DNA of 64,000 nucleotides from contig CAYSMF010000001.1 in NCBI GenBank assembly GCA_964432155.1, positions 83,156 through 147,155 of the forward strand. The letters run 5' to 3'. The notes below the pieces were generated by a model. That model was not told the DNA's origin. It made no database searches and saw nothing but the letters and a program-made list of their open reading frames with translations. The first letter of the stretch is position 1; each line of letters opens with the position of its first letter. Of the stretch, positions 38,849-49,239 are shown piece after piece. Source of the stretch: an uncultured Melioribacter sp. (GTDB lineage Bacteria; Bacteroidota; Ignavibacteria; Kapaibacteriales; Kapaibacteriaceae). The position numbers were made by a program, and so were the translations under genes.

Positions 38849-41728
38849 TTGTGGTTTCTTAGCATCCTGTTAGACACTGTGAAGCCCCCTTCCAAACCAA
38901 ACTCAGCGACGCCATTGTCCACACACAAGGTTGTGTCGATTACGGGGGCCCGCGTCAACAACCTCAAAAACGTTGATGTAACGATCCCGCGCAACGCGCT
39001 CACCGTGATTACCGGTCTGTCTGGTTCTGGAAAGTCCAGTTTGGCCTTTGATACACTGTATGCAGAGGGTCAGCGCCGGTTTGTCGAATCACTGAGTGCG
39101 TACGCTCGACAGTTCCTTGATCGCATGAACAAGCCTGACGTGGATAGCATTCACGGCTTGCCTCCTGCAGTGGCGATTGAGCAGCAGACGTTTGCAAAGA
39201 ATCCTCGTTCGACGGTAGGCACGACCACAGAGATATACGACTTCCTGCGATTACTCTACGGACGCATCGGAACAGTCATTGACAAAGACACGGGCGAAGT
39301 GATTCGCAAGGATAATGCGCAATCTGTTACGACGACCGTGCTGTCGACACAGGCGGGAGCCCGTATTTACATCTTGGCTGAACTACCGAACGAGCACGCA
39401 GAATTGGACATTGTTCGCGAGGGTCTTCGTGCAAAGGGCTTCTCGCGGTTGGTGCTTGGATCGTCGACGGAGATTCTTGAACTCGACGATGTCAAGGAAT
39501 TCCCGCATGCGGGAGTCCCGGTCTATGTGCTCGTTGATCGCATTATCGTGCGTGATGACGACGAGACGCACTCGCGGTTGATGGATTCCCTCGAGCAAGC
39601 CTTCGATGCTGGAAGTGGACGTCTGGTAATTCGGAACGTGCAGACAGGCGAGGATACGTTTTACTCCTCACGCTTTGAAAGTGCGCGAACGGGTACACAA
39701 TACATTGAACCCGAACCACGGCTGTTCTCATTCAACAGTCCATTCGGTGCATGCCCAACGTGTCAGGGATTTGGACGCAGTGTTGGTGTCGACATGAATC
39801 TCGTCGTACCTGACACGAACTTGAGCATACGACGTGGAGCACTGCATCCGTTCCGTGGTGAGACGTTTGGTGCGTACCTGAAGACTCTCGTTGCGGAAGC
39901 GCCGCTTGAAGATATCCCGCTTGATGTGCCGTTTTACAAGCTCACAGAGGAGCAGCGCCAAGCTGTCATGACTGGCTTCGGACGCTACATCGGCGTCGAT
40001 GGGTTCTTCCGCATGCTTGAAGAGAAGTCGTACAAAACGCACTACCGAGTGATGCTGAGTCGATACCGCGGATATACATCCTGCATCAAGTGCAGTGGTT
40101 CACGACTGCGCACGGCGGCACGACAGGTGTTTGTCGGTGGTGTCAATATCCCGCATGTCGTTTCTCTGACACTTGGCGAAGCGCGCGACCATTTTGATCA
40201 ACTGATGTTGACACCATTTGAAGAGTCCATCGTTGGTCAGATCTTGGCTGAAATCCGTCGTCGTCTGCATGTGCTCTGTGATATCGGACTCGAGTATCTC
40301 ACACTCGACCGTCTCTCGCACACACTTTCTGGTGGTGAATCGCAGCGCATCAATCTCGCGACATCGCTAGGGTCGGCACTTGTTGGAACACTCTATGTTC
40401 TCGACGAGCCAAGCATCGGTCTTCATCCGCGTGACACTGATCGACTGCTTCGCATTCTGAAGCAGCTTCGAGGACTCGGCAACACTGTCGTGATCGTTGA
40501 ACACGATCTCGATGTGATTCGCACAGCCGACTACGTTGTCGACATCGGACCTGAGGCGGGAGAACGTGGCGGTGAAGTGGTCTATCAAGGACAGCTGTCG
40601 CACATGCTTGAGCATGGACAAAGTCTTACTGCAGACTACCTGCGCGGCGTGCGTTCAGTGCCGATCAAATCAGCCTATCGAAAAGGGAGCGGACGTCAGA
40701 TCGTGATTCGCAAGCCGCACCATCATAACCTTCGTGGTGATGATGTGAGTATCCCATTGGGAACACTAACGGTGGTCACTGGCGTGTCTGGTTCAGGAAA
40801 GAGTTCTCTCGTACACGACGTGCTGTACGCGGGCGTACAACGCATGTTTGGTGGGTACTCGGGAGAAGTCGGACAATGTGAGCGCATCGACGGACTTGAG
40901 CATATCACCGGAATCGAGATGATTGATCAAACGCCGATCGGTCGCTCAAGCCGTTCAACACCGGCAACGTACACTAAGGTGTTCGATGCAATCCGTGATG
41001 TGTTTGCATCCACGCAGTCCGCAAAGCAGCTTGGCTGGCGTCCCGGACATTTCTCGTTCAACGTCGCTGGTGGTCGCTGCGAAACATGCGAAGGGGCTGG
41101 CACCGTTACGATTGAGATGCAGTTCTTGCCCGACATTGAGCTTCCATGTGAGAGCTGTGGAGGAACTCGCTATAAGCGCGATGCACAGCACATTCTCCAC
41201 AAGGGCAAGTCAATCATCGATGTACTTGGGATGACGGTCGAAGAGGCAATTGCACATTTCTCTGATAGTCCACGAATTGTCGCCAAGCTTTCGATCCTCC
41301 GTGATGTCGGTCTCGGATACATTCGTCTCGGACAACCCTCGACACACCTAAGCGGTGGGGAAGCGCAACGCATCAAACTTGCGACCCATCTCGACACGCA
41401 AGCACAGGGGTCGGTGTTGTTCATGTTCGATGAACCAACAACTGGTTTGCACGTGCATGATGTATCAGCGCTGATCGATGCATTCAACCGACTTGTTGAT
41501 CAAGGCCACACACTCGTTGTGATTGAGCACAATGTGCACGTTATGGCTGCTGCTGACTGGATTGTTGACATGGGGCCAGGTGGTGGTACGCAGGGCGGAC
41601 GAGTTGTGGCCACAGGCACACCGAAAGCCGTTGCCTCGATTGATGGTTCCTACACGGGACAGGCGTTGAAGACGCTCTTTGCAGAGCATGGAACGGTTGT
41701 TCGTAAGCGGCGGACTACCAAGTCATGA
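38849..41728 (+). CDS. uvrA: excinuclease ABC subunit A
   Basis: Two ABC ATPase modules ([34 protein letters not shown]), zinc-finger cysteines and LSGGE signatures. The ORF-track start is a TTG at 38849. In-frame GTG alternatives at 38879 and 38933 are equally plausible. Confidence 0.9.
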   Translation: MWFLSILLDTVKPPSKPNSATPLSTHKVVSITGARVNNLKNVDVTIPRNALTVITGLSGSGKSSLAFDTLYAEGQRRFVESLSAYARQFLDRMNKPDVDSIHGLPPAVAIEQQTFAKNPRSTVGTTTEIYDFLRLLYGRIGTVIDKDTGEVIRKDNAQSVTTTVLSTQAGARIYILAELPNEHAELDIVREGLRAKGFSRLVLGSSTEILELDDVKEFPHAGVPVYVLVDRIIVRDDDETHSRLMDSLEQAFDAGSGRLVIRNVQTGEDTFYSSRFESARTGTQYIEPEPRLFSFNSPFGACPTCQGFGRSVGVDMNLVVPDTNLSIRRGALHPFRGETFGAYLKTLVAEAPLEDIPLDVPFYKLTEEQRQAVMTGFGRYIGVDGFFRMLEEKSYKTHYRVMLSRYRGYTSCIKCSGSRLRTAARQVFVGGVNIPHVVSLTLGEARDHFDQLMLTPFEESIVGQILAEIRRRLHVLCDIGLEYLTLDRLSHTLSGGESQRINLATSLGSALVGTLYVLDEPSIGLHPRDTDRLLRILKQLRGLGNTVVIVEHDLDVIRTADYVVDIGPEAGERGGEVVYQGQLSHMLEHGQSLTADYLRGVRSVPIKSAYRKGSGRQIVIRKPHHHNLRGDDVSIPLGTLTVVTGVSGSGKSSLVHDVLYAGVQRMFGGYSGEVGQCERIDGLEHITGIEMIDQTPIGRSSRSTPATYTKVFDAIRDVFASTQSAKQLGWRPGHFSFNVAGGRCETCEGAGTVTIEMQFLPDIELPCESCGGTRYKRDAQHILHKGKSIIDVLGMTVEEAIAHFSDSPRIVAKLSILRDVGLGYIRLGQPSTHLSGGEAQRIKLATHLDTQAQGSVLFMFDEPTTGLHVHDVSALIDAFNRLVDQGHTLVVIEHNVHVMAAADWIVDMGPGGGTQGGRVVATGTPKAVASIDGSYTGQALKTLFAEHGTVVRKRRTTKS

Positions 41729-42774
41729 ATCTTCGAACCATCATCCGTGTAGTCATCAGTGGTGCAATCGTTGCGGGAGCGCTATGGTTTCTGCTGCGTG
41801 ATGTGGACCTTGCGGAGGTATCGCGGTACATGGGGGATTCGAACATCCTCCTGCTTGCGACCACCATTCCGCTGATTGTTCTGTCACACGTGACACGCGC
41901 CATACGGTGGCGCTTACTCTTGCGTCCGGCAGCGCCGCATGTACGCACATCAACAGCCTTCTCGGCTGTCATGATCGGCTATGCGGTAAACACGATCATT
42001 CCGCGTCTCGGTGAGGTTGTTCGCCCGTGGATCTTCGCAAAGCGTGAGTCGCTCCCAGTGCCCCTTGCCATGAGTAGCGTGCTTGTTGAGCGTGTTATCG
42101 ACGTGTTGACGCTCCTGATCTCGATCACGGGTGTAGTTGTCTTCGCACCTGAAGTGGTCCAGTCCATGCTTCCAGGTGTTACCATGGAGACACTGGGCTT
42201 GCGACTTGGCGTACCAGCGTTGGCTCTCATCGCGATTCTCGTGCTCGTTGTCTTCACAAATGTGGGTCCAGCACTTGTGCGCCTGTCAGTCGCACGTGTG
42301 AATGCCTCGCTAGCAGAACGACTCAATCAGGTGCTCCTCAAAGTCCGTGAAGGTATGCGCGCTGTGCAGGAGCCTCGTCTCTACGTCTCACTCGTCGTGC
42401 TTTCGGTTCTCGTGTGGGTACTCTACATCATTCCGATCTGGGTTACAGCACAGGCGATGCCATACGAATCTGCGCAGTCGCTTTCGATCGCCGGAGCAAC
42501 CTCGCTGTTATTGGTCATATCAGTCGGTGTTACCATCGCGCCCACGCCAGGTGCGTTCGGTGTCTACCAGAGTTTTGCTCAGGTAGGACTCATGGCTCTC
42601 ACAGCTGCAACGGCATCAGAGGCGCTCGCCTTTGCCATGATTGCTTGGCTTGTGAACTATGGCATCTCGTTTATCGTTGGCGGACTGTGTTGGCTGAATG
42701 AAAGCCGACATGGAATCTCGTTAGCTTCACTTCGAACAATTCAACATTCATCATCATCGACGTCCTCATCATGA
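41725..42774 (+). CDS. flippase-like / lysylphosphatidylglycerol-synthase transmembrane-domain (UPF0104) membrane protein
   Basis: About 8 TM helices. The conserved segment IRWRLLLRP...SAVMIGYAVNTIIPRLGEVVRPW is present. Start ATG overlaps the uvrA stop (ATGA). Confidence 0.65.
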   Translation: MNLRTIIRVVISGAIVAGALWFLLRDVDLAEVSRYMGDSNILLLATTIPLIVLSHVTRAIRWRLLLRPAAPHVRTSTAFSAVMIGYAVNTIIPRLGEVVRPWIFAKRESLPVPLAMSSVLVERVIDVLTLLISITGVVVFAPEVVQSMLPGVTMETLGLRLGVPALALIAILVLVVFTNVGPALVRLSVARVNASLAERLNQVLLKVREGMRAVQEPRLYVSLVVLSVLVWVLYIIPIWVTAQAMPYESAQSLSIAGATSLLLVISVGVTIAPTPGAFGVYQSFAQVGLMALTAATASEALAFAMIAWLVNYGISFIVGGLCWLNESRHGISLASLRTIQHSSSSTSSS

Positions 42775-43802
42775 ATCACGATCAATCACCGGCAGTTCAC
42801 GAGACTGATGTCATCATCATCGGTGCCGGACCGTGCGGATTGTTCACCGTGTTTGAAGCTGGCCTTCTCAAGTGGAAGTGCCATCTCATCGACTACCTTC
42901 CAATCCCCGGTGGACAGTGCGCCGAGATCTATCCAAAGAAGCCGATCTACGACATCCCTGGTTTTCCATCCGTCCTCGCAGGAGAACTCGTCGACAACCT
43001 GCTCAAGCAAGGGGAGCCATTCCACCCAACCTTCACACTGGGTGAGCGTGCAGACGCGCTTGAGCGTCTCGAAGATGGTCGATTCCGCGTCACAACCTCA
43101 CGTGGCTCAGTGATCACCGGCAAGACGGTGTTTCTCGCTGGCGGACTTGGTTGTTTTGAACCACGGAAGCCAACGATTGCATCGCTGCCGTCCTACGAGG
43201 ACAAGGGCGTTGAGTACATCATCAAGGACCCTGAGTTCTATCGCGGTAAGCGGGTGATTATTGGTGGCGGGGGAGACTCGGCTCTGGACTGGACCATTGT
43301 CCTGGCCGACATCGCCTCTGAGGTAACGATGATCCACCGAAGCGCCCAGTTCCGAGCAGCCCCAGACTCAGTCGCAAAGGCTCAGGCACTCGCCGACGCA
43401 GGACGCATCACATTGATCACCGATGCACAGGTTACTGACCTGCACGGGGATGGCGCACTCTCGTCCGTTACGATCACGCACAACGACGGTGCTACACGAC
43501 AGATCGATGTCGATCACTTTGTACCGCTGTTCGGTTTGTCACCTAAACTTGGTCCGATCGCTGAATGGGGCCTATCGCTCGAGAAGAACGCTGTGACCGT
43601 CGACCCATTGTCGTTCCAGACCAGCACGCCAGGCATCTATGCCGTTGGCGACATTAGCGAATACCCGAATAAGTTGAAGTTGATTCTCTGCGGCTTCCAT
43701 GAAGCGGCTGTAGCGCTGAACTACGAGTACCAGCGCCAGCATCCAGAGAAGAAGCACGTCATTAAGTACACAACCGTGTCAGGCGTAGGCTCGTTACCAT
43801 AA
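42771..43802 (+). CDS. ferredoxin-NADP(+) reductase, thioredoxin-reductase-like type (YumC family)
   Basis: FAD site IIGAGPCGLF, NAD(P) site IIGGGGDSALDW, and the C-terminal IYAVGDISEYPNKLKLILCGFHEAAVA. Start ATG overlaps the previous stop (ATGA). Confidence 0.8.
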   Translation: MNHDQSPAVHETDVIIIGAGPCGLFTVFEAGLLKWKCHLIDYLPIPGGQCAEIYPKKPIYDIPGFPSVLAGELVDNLLKQGEPFHPTFTLGERADALERLEDGRFRVTTSRGSVITGKTVFLAGGLGCFEPRKPTIASLPSYEDKGVEYIIKDPEFYRGKRVIIGGGGDSALDWTIVLADIASEVTMIHRSAQFRAAPDSVAKAQALADAGRITLITDAQVTDLHGDGALSSVTITHNDGATRQIDVDHFVPLFGLSPKLGPIAEWGLSLEKNAVTVDPLSFQTSTPGIYAVGDISEYPNKLKLILCGFHEAAVALNYEYQRQHPEKKHVIKYTTVSGVGSLP

Positions 43803-43835
43803 CGAGCCCACACCTGATCGGTAACATGTTGACGA

Positions 43836-44411
43836 TCAGCGAGTTGCGCTTGCGGCTTTACGAACAGCTGCAGGCGCAGCGAGCATCACGGCTGAAAACA
43901 GCCAGGTAGATACGATGCCGTTGAGGAGGAAGTTCCCGGCGTCGCGATAGAATGCGAGGCCCGCTGCATAGCAAGCGATAAGTCCTTCAATTGTCTGCGG
44001 ATAGAATCCGCCGTTCAACCAAACTGCGAAGTTTGTTACGGCGAAGAATCCGACAGCTCCAATGGTACCACCGCCGAGTACGAGGGCTGCAGGCTTCCAC
44101 GAGCGCATTGCGTAGCCCATGAGTGTAATAGCGACGACTGAGCCATACACCCATGGCTGTGTGGCGTGGATTGCGTACTCGGAGCCCATGATCACACCGA
44201 GCGCAAGGTCTGACAACAGCATTGCTGCCAGCGGCACGATCAGTGAACGCAAACGATCGGTCGCGAGCGCACCACCAACCAACGCGATGGCCATGACCGG
44301 TGTAAAATTCGGCCAGTGTGGGATCACTCGAAATGCAGCCACAATGGCGATTGTTGCCAGCATGGTACGGTCGAGACGATTGTTCATGAGGAGCTCCAAG
44401 AGGTTCTGCAC
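43836..44411 (-). CDS. hypothetical membrane protein (DUF6580-like putative small transporter)
   Basis: 191 aa with about 6 TM helices. RVIPHWPNFTPVMAIALVGGA resembles the DUF6580 family as I recall it. Low certainty. Confidence 0.45.
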   Translation of the reverse strand: MQNLLELLMNNRLDRTMLATIAIVAAFRVIPHWPNFTPVMAIALVGGALATDRLRSLIVPLAAMLLSDLALGVIMGSEYAIHATQPWVYGSVVAITLMGYAMRSWKPAALVLGGGTIGAVGFFAVTNFAVWLNGGFYPQTIEGLIACYAAGLAFYRDAGNFLLNGIVSTWLFSAVMLAAPAAVRKAASATR

Positions 44412-44509
44412 GTATCAGCAACAGGTGAGTCTGCTGATATCGTTAGTTTACATAATGCAGATTATATTTCAGATTGGAAAGGGTAATGGCGGAGAATCGT
44501 GTGTGATTC

Positions 44510-45763
44510 TTAACCGTTAACCTTATTGCGTGTCAGTGCGTTAGTGACTTGATCTGCAGCATCTTGTAAGGTGGCAGCAACCAAGAAATCAAGACCTGAC
44601 TTCTGGAGGATTTCGCGCGCTTCAACAGCGTTCGTTCCGTCGAGGCGTACGATCACCGGCACGTTGACCGTGACCTGCTGGAGTGCCTGAAGGATGCCAT
44701 TAGCGACACGGTCGCAACGTACGATACCACCGAAGATGTTGATCAGAACCGCCTCAACGTGTGGGTCGCTCATCATGATGCGGAAGGCATTTGCGATGCG
44801 CTCAACATTCGCTCCACCACCGACGTCCAGGAAGTTTGCCGGCTTGCCGCCCGCGAGCTGGATGATGTCCATGGTACCCATGGCCAGACCAGCGCCGTTG
44901 ACCATACAGCCCACGTTGCCGTCGAGCTTGATATAGTTCAGGCTGTACTTGCCAGCTTCGACCTCGAGTGGATCTTCTTCTGTGATGTCGCGCAGCTCCG
45001 CCCAATGTGGGTGCCGGAACTCGGCGTTATCGTCGAAATTGACCTTTGCATCGAGCGCGATAAACTCGCCATCCTTGGTGACAACCAGTGGATTGACTTC
45101 GAGCATGCTGCAGTCCATCACTTCATAGGCGTGATAGAGCTTAGTGATGAAGTGAACGAAGCTCTTGTATGCTGCACCAGTGAGTCCGAGACCAAACGCC
45201 AGTTCACGTGCCTGGAACGGCATGAACCCCGATGTTGGGTCGACGTGGACCTTGATGATCTTTTCAGGTGTTTCTTCGGCTACAGTTTCGATGTCGACAC
45301 CGCCTTCGGTTGACACCATGATGAGGTTACGACCGCATCCGCGATCGAGCAGGATCGAGCAGTAATACTCGTGACCAATGTTGCAGCCTTCTTCGATCAG
45401 CACGCGGCGGACCGTCTTGCCTTCTTGACCAGTCTGGATTGTCACAAGGGTGTTGCCGAGGAGTCCCTCAGCTACCTTTTGTGCTTCGTCTTGCAGGTTA
45501 CCTTGTGTGATCACGGTAACGCCGCGAAGCCCCTTGCCGTTGACTTCAATCGGTGCACCAGTTGCGGGATCATGTACTGTCCCCTTTCCACGTCCACCTG
45601 CATGGATTTGCGCCTTGACGACAAGTGCGCCAACACCGTGTGCCACGAAGTCGTTGTAAGCAACTGCGCCAGCCTCAACTGCAGACGTTACTGCCTTGCC
45701 ACGCAGGACAGGTACACCGTAATGGCGCAGGAGATCTTTGGCTTGATATTCATGAATGTTCAT
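44510..45763 (-). CDS. sucC: succinate--CoA ligase (ADP-forming) beta subunit
   Basis: MNIHEYQAKDLLRHYGVPV at the N-terminus. ATP-grasp domain and C-terminal CoA-ligase domain (GNVGCMVNGAGLAMGTMD). No adjacent sucD. The raw ORF extends to 45865. Confidence 0.9.
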   Translation of the reverse strand: MNIHEYQAKDLLRHYGVPVLRGKAVTSAVEAGAVAYNDFVAHGVGALVVKAQIHAGGRGKGTVHDPATGAPIEVNGKGLRGVTVITQGNLQDEAQKVAEGLLGNTLVTIQTGQEGKTVRRVLIEEGCNIGHEYYCSILLDRGCGRNLIMVSTEGGVDIETVAEETPEKIIKVHVDPTSGFMPFQARELAFGLGLTGAAYKSFVHFITKLYHAYEVMDCSMLEVNPLVVTKDGEFIALDAKVNFDDNAEFRHPHWAELRDITEEDPLEVEAGKYSLNYIKLDGNVGCMVNGAGLAMGTMDIIQLAGGKPANFLDVGGGANVERIANAFRIMMSDPHVEAVLINIFGGIVRCDRVANGILQALQQVTVNVPVIVRLDGTNAVEAREILQKSGLDFLVAATLQDAADQVTNALTRNKVNG

Positions 45764-45857
45764 GTGATCCTCTATGGGGTGGAATTTCGCGTCGTACTTT
45801 TGTGCAGCATCAAAATTACGGAACCTGCGCGGTAATCGCGAACAAGCAATCATCCAC

Positions 45858-46799
45858 ATGAACATCGCACGATATTATATCTCGGCTACGATCCTGATTC
45901 TGGCCTGGCTAACCCTCCGTCCGGTCATCCTTACGGAGGACATGTCGCCTGGGAGCGAGGCTAATCCTATCCGTCTGATGCTCACGCCCTCGACCGATGC
46001 CCATGCGATCATTCAGGACGGTGACAAGCTCGCAGCGTTCCTGTACGAGCGCACAGGCCTGCATGTGGAGGTTTCGGTGCCCAACTACTATATCACGGTC
46101 GTCGAGGCGTTTGGGACTGGTCGTGCTGACATGGCCATCATGAACACGTTTTCCTACCTCCTGGCCCATGCCAAGTATGGTGCACAGGCCAGTTTGCGCG
46201 TTGCGCGCCGCTACGGCGAGCTGAGCTACCGTGGAGAGTTCATTGTGCGTGCAGATGCTGGAATTGACTCGCTTCGTCAGCTTCAGGGCAAGACGGTGGC
46301 CTACGTCGACCCATCATCGACATCCGGGTATATCTATCCGAAGGAGATGCTGCGACGCCTTGGTGTGAGTCCGCGCGAGGAGATGTTCGCCAACGGACAC
46401 AACCAAGTGGTAACGAAGGTCTATCAGGGCGACGTTGATGCCGGCGCAGTGTTCTACTCGCGGCCCGACACGGTAACTGGTGAGCAGCTCGACGCGCGTG
46501 CGAAGGTTGTTACGGAGTACCCGGACGTCTACTCAAAGGTTAAAGTTCTTGCACTTACCGATGAGATCCCGAACGACCCTGTCGTTACACGAAAGGGGCT
46601 TCCAGAGGACGTGCGTGCACGGTTGATCAATGCCCTACTGGAGTTTCAATCGACAGCGGAGGGCAAGCGGGCGCTCCTAACGATCGCCAGTATTGAGGGC
46701 TTCGTTCCAACAACAGATGATGCCTACGACGGTGTGCGCGAGCTTGTTGCTCGCTACGGAGTCGACGTCGAAGGGGCTCTCAAGAAAAAGAAGCGCTGA
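45858..46799 (+). CDS. phnD: phosphate/phosphite/phosphonate ABC transporter substrate-binding protein (PhnD-like)
   Basis: Signal/anchor helix followed by the PhnD-like IRLMLTPSTD...TGRADMAIMNTFSYL...KTVAYVDPSSTSGYIYP. Start taken at the ATG at 45858. Confidence 0.75.
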   Translation: MNIARYYISATILILAWLTLRPVILTEDMSPGSEANPIRLMLTPSTDAHAIIQDGDKLAAFLYERTGLHVEVSVPNYYITVVEAFGTGRADMAIMNTFSYLLAHAKYGAQASLRVARRYGELSYRGEFIVRADAGIDSLRQLQGKTVAYVDPSSTSGYIYPKEMLRRLGVSPREEMFANGHNQVVTKVYQGDVDAGAVFYSRPDTVTGEQLDARAKVVTEYPDVYSKVKVLALTDEIPNDPVVTRKGLPEDVRARLINALLEFQSTAEGKRALLTIASIEGFVPTTDDAYDGVRELVARYGVDVEGALKKKKR

Positions 46800-46801
46800 G
46801 C

Positions 46802-47209
46802 TTAATTCGTCAGCTTGCGGGCAAATGCGGTAACTCCGCGTGCCACGCCAGTCACGAGCGATGCAAGATCTTCGAGTGCTGGACGGACGCGTGCAACGAG
46901 GCTCTGCTCGAGCTCGCGAACGTCGTCGGCAATTCCCGCGATGTTGCGAACGCCACCACTGAGTGTGTCAACTTGTTCTTCAAGTTTGCGGAGTGACGAG
47001 TTTGCACGATCGAGTGCTTCACTCGTCTTGACAAGAACAGGAATTGTCTGTTCCTTTACCTGATGGACATCGCGTTGCATCGACTCAACGACATCGGTCA
47101 TACGCTCGATGTTTGAGCCTGCGCGCACGAGCACGATCGCTGCGACAATGGCAAGAACTGTGATAGCTCCGAGAGCTACATACAGCAGAGCAAGGAGAGT
47201 TGCGTCCAT
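46802..47209 (-). CDS. DUF948 domain membrane-anchored protein
   Basis: N-terminal TM helix followed by a coiled-coil. Paired with the YtxH gene, as is typical for DUF948/YtxH loci. Confidence 0.55.
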   Translation of the reverse strand: MDATLLALLYVALGAITVLAIVAAIVLVRAGSNIERMTDVVESMQRDVHQVKEQTIPVLVKTSEALDRANSSLRKLEEQVDTLSGGVRNIAGIADDVRELEQSLVARVRPALEDLASLVTGVARGVTAFARKLTN

Positions 47210-47212
47210 GGC

Positions 47213-47605
47213 TTACTGAAACTCCGAGCGAAATGCGTCGTCGCCAGCCTTTGATGCATCGCCTACACGTGCAGCGCGATTCTTAGCGTCGCGCAGAACC
47301 TGCTCAGCATTCGACATGAGATTTTCAGCTTGATGACGTGCAGTCGAAACAATGCGCTCTGCCGCAATGCGACCCTCGTTCACGACGTCGTCGAAGCCTG
47401 CATCAGATTGATGTCCTGCGCCAGTGGCCTTATTGAACATCTGCTGTGCCTTGTCGACGACTTCTTCCGTGCGATCGGCGATATCACGGCGCAGTTCACG
47501 TCCGCTCTTTGGAGCAAACAACAGCGCGACGACCGCACCAACGGCACCACCAACTACGGCTCCGATGAGAAAGCCTTTTGAGTAGGATGAGTTGTTGTCT
47601 TCCAT
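47213..47605 (-). CDS. YtxH domain protein
   Basis: GFLIGAVVGGAVGAVVALLFAPKSGRELR is the YtxH GxxxGxxxG motif. Start taken at MEDNNSSY (ATG at 47605). The raw ORF extends to 47710. Confidence 0.65.
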   Translation of the reverse strand: MEDNNSSYSKGFLIGAVVGGAVGAVVALLFAPKSGRELRRDIADRTEEVVDKAQQMFNKATGAGHQSDAGFDDVVNEGRIAAERIVSTARHQAENLMSNAEQVLRDAKNRAARVGDASKAGDDAFRSEFQ

Positions 47606-47627
47606 TGTTGTCTCCTTCGGGTTGGTG

Positions 47628-48143
47628 TCACCATTGTTCTGGGAGCGTGCAGGGTTTGCCTTGTGCCTGAAGGATAATCTCGGCAATCTCTCGAACGGCT
47701 CCGTTGCCACCCGATGCAGCGGCGACGTAATGTGCCCGCTGTTTGATTGCTTCGACCGCGTCAGACGGGCATGCAGCGAATCCGCAAAGTCCCATGACGT
47801 GATAGTCGTTCACATCGTCGCCAATATACGCAATGGACTCTGGCGACAGGGACAGGTGACGGGAAAGCTCGTGGAATGTTGCAGTCTTATCGTGACTGCC
47901 CAGGTAGACGTGGGGAACCCGGAGTTTTGCCGCGCGCGTTGTAACGATCGGTGTGTCTTCGCTCGTGATGATTGCCGTGGTGATGCCGGCCCGATGCAGA
48001 AGCGTGATGCCCATGCCATCGCGGGTGCTGAACCGCTTGAGCGCTTCGCCTTGCGGACCGTAATACATGGCTCCGTCGGTGAGCGTACCGTCAACGTCCA
48101 TGATGACGAGCTGAATTCGTGATGCGCGCTCTTGCAGTGTCAC
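47628..48143 (-). CDS. kdsC: 3-deoxy-D-manno-octulosonate 8-phosphate phosphatase (KdsC/YrbI HAD family)
   Basis: IQLVIMDVDGTLTDG, IITSEDTPIV, YIGDDVNDY. 171 aa. Confidence 0.85.
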   Translation of the reverse strand: MTLQERASRIQLVIMDVDGTLTDGAMYYGPQGEALKRFSTRDGMGITLLHRAGITTAIITSEDTPIVTTRAAKLRVPHVYLGSHDKTATFHELSRHLSLSPESIAYIGDDVNDYHVMGLCGFAACPSDAVEAIKQRAHYVAAASGGNGAVREIAEIILQAQGKPCTLPEQW

Positions 48144-48214
48144 TCATGACCTCGTTGAATGGTGTGGCTTCATCAAATGCGTAGTTTCGTGGCCAAATTA
48201 CGGATAGGAATTGC

Positions 48215-49063
48215 ATGCCGACACGATACGTTCTCTTGACGCTCTCAATCCCAGAAGAGGAAATGGACCTTGCCATGGGTGTCCTCGGCGGGTATCCCCT
48301 GCTCGGCGTTGAACAGGGTCTCGACGAGTGCACGGTCTGCTTTGAGCAGAACGACTGGCAGCAGGACTATGCTGAGGCGATTCTGACAGAGCTGAAGCAG
48401 GTTGGCGTTTCGGCGCAGCTCGTGAAGCTGGGCACGGAAGAGGACCAAAACTGGAATGCCGAATGGGAGGCAAGTATCGACCCAGTCGTGGTGAACGAAC
48501 GGATCATCATTGTACCTGAGTGGCGCGCCAGCGAGTTCTCCTATCCGATGACACTCGTGATTACGCCAAAGATGTCGTTCGGCACGGGTCACCACGCCAC
48601 CACGCGAATGATGTGTCGCCTCATGGAGGTGTATGCGAAAGCTGGCGATACATGGGTTGACGTCGGCACAGGCACTGGAGTTCTGGCCATTATGGCTGCC
48701 AAGCTTGGTGCAACCGACGTGTACGCGTTCGATAACAACGAGTGGTCGATCGTCAACAGTCACGAAAACGTTGTTCGGAACGCCGTGGAAGATATCGTGC
48801 GGCTCGAACAGGCTGAACTACAAGATGTACAACTCCCCCGCTGCAATGGTCTGGCCGCGAATCTGTACCGACACCTTGTGATTCCGTATGCGCAGTCATT
48901 CATCGATGCCGTAGAGCCAGGTGGTGTGATCTTGATTTCTGGGATCTTGAAGTACGATCGTGATGAAGTCGCAGCTCCGTTCCTTGCAGCAGGCTGCACG
49001 CTCGTCGACGAATTAGCCGAAAGCGAATGGTGTGCTCTGGCACTCACTACACCGCAACGTTAA
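48215..49063 (+). CDS. prmA: ribosomal protein L11 methyltransferase
   Basis: PKMSFGTGHHATTRMM and the SAM-binding VDVGTGTGVLAIMAAKLGA. Confidence 0.85.
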   Translation: MPTRYVLLTLSIPEEEMDLAMGVLGGYPLLGVEQGLDECTVCFEQNDWQQDYAEAILTELKQVGVSAQLVKLGTEEDQNWNAEWEASIDPVVVNERIIIVPEWRASEFSYPMTLVITPKMSFGTGHHATTRMMCRLMEVYAKAGDTWVDVGTGTGVLAIMAAKLGATDVYAFDNNEWSIVNSHENVVRNAVEDIVRLEQAELQDVQLPRCNGLAANLYRHLVIPYAQSFIDAVEPGGVILISGILKYDRDEVAAPFLAAGCTLVDELAESEWCALALTTPQR

Positions 49064-49239
49064 TGACTGCTCCAAAGAAACAACGTCCGTGGATTTCTGT
49101 CGTGCTTGGACTCGTCTTCGGCGCGGCTCTCATCATTGCTGTCCTCAATGGCGGACAGTGTGAGCGCTACGAGCGCAAGATGGAGCGTCAAAAGATGATG
49201 CGAGAGTACCTGGATTCAATGCGCAACCAACGGAAGTAA
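49063..49239 (+). CDS. small single-TM protein with basic C-terminus
   Basis: 58 aa: MTAPKKQRPWISVVLGLVFGAALIIAVL...ERKMERQKMMREY. The ATG overlaps the prmA TAA by 1 nt. The stop abuts the mfd start. Confidence 0.4.
   Translation: MTAPKKQRPWISVVLGLVFGAALIIAVLNGGQCERYERKMERQKMMREYLDSMRNQRK

Noticed and set aside
44412-44510. Cobalamin riboswitch ahead of the DUF6580-like transporter
   Set aside because: The region is only about 100 nt and lacks a B12 box.
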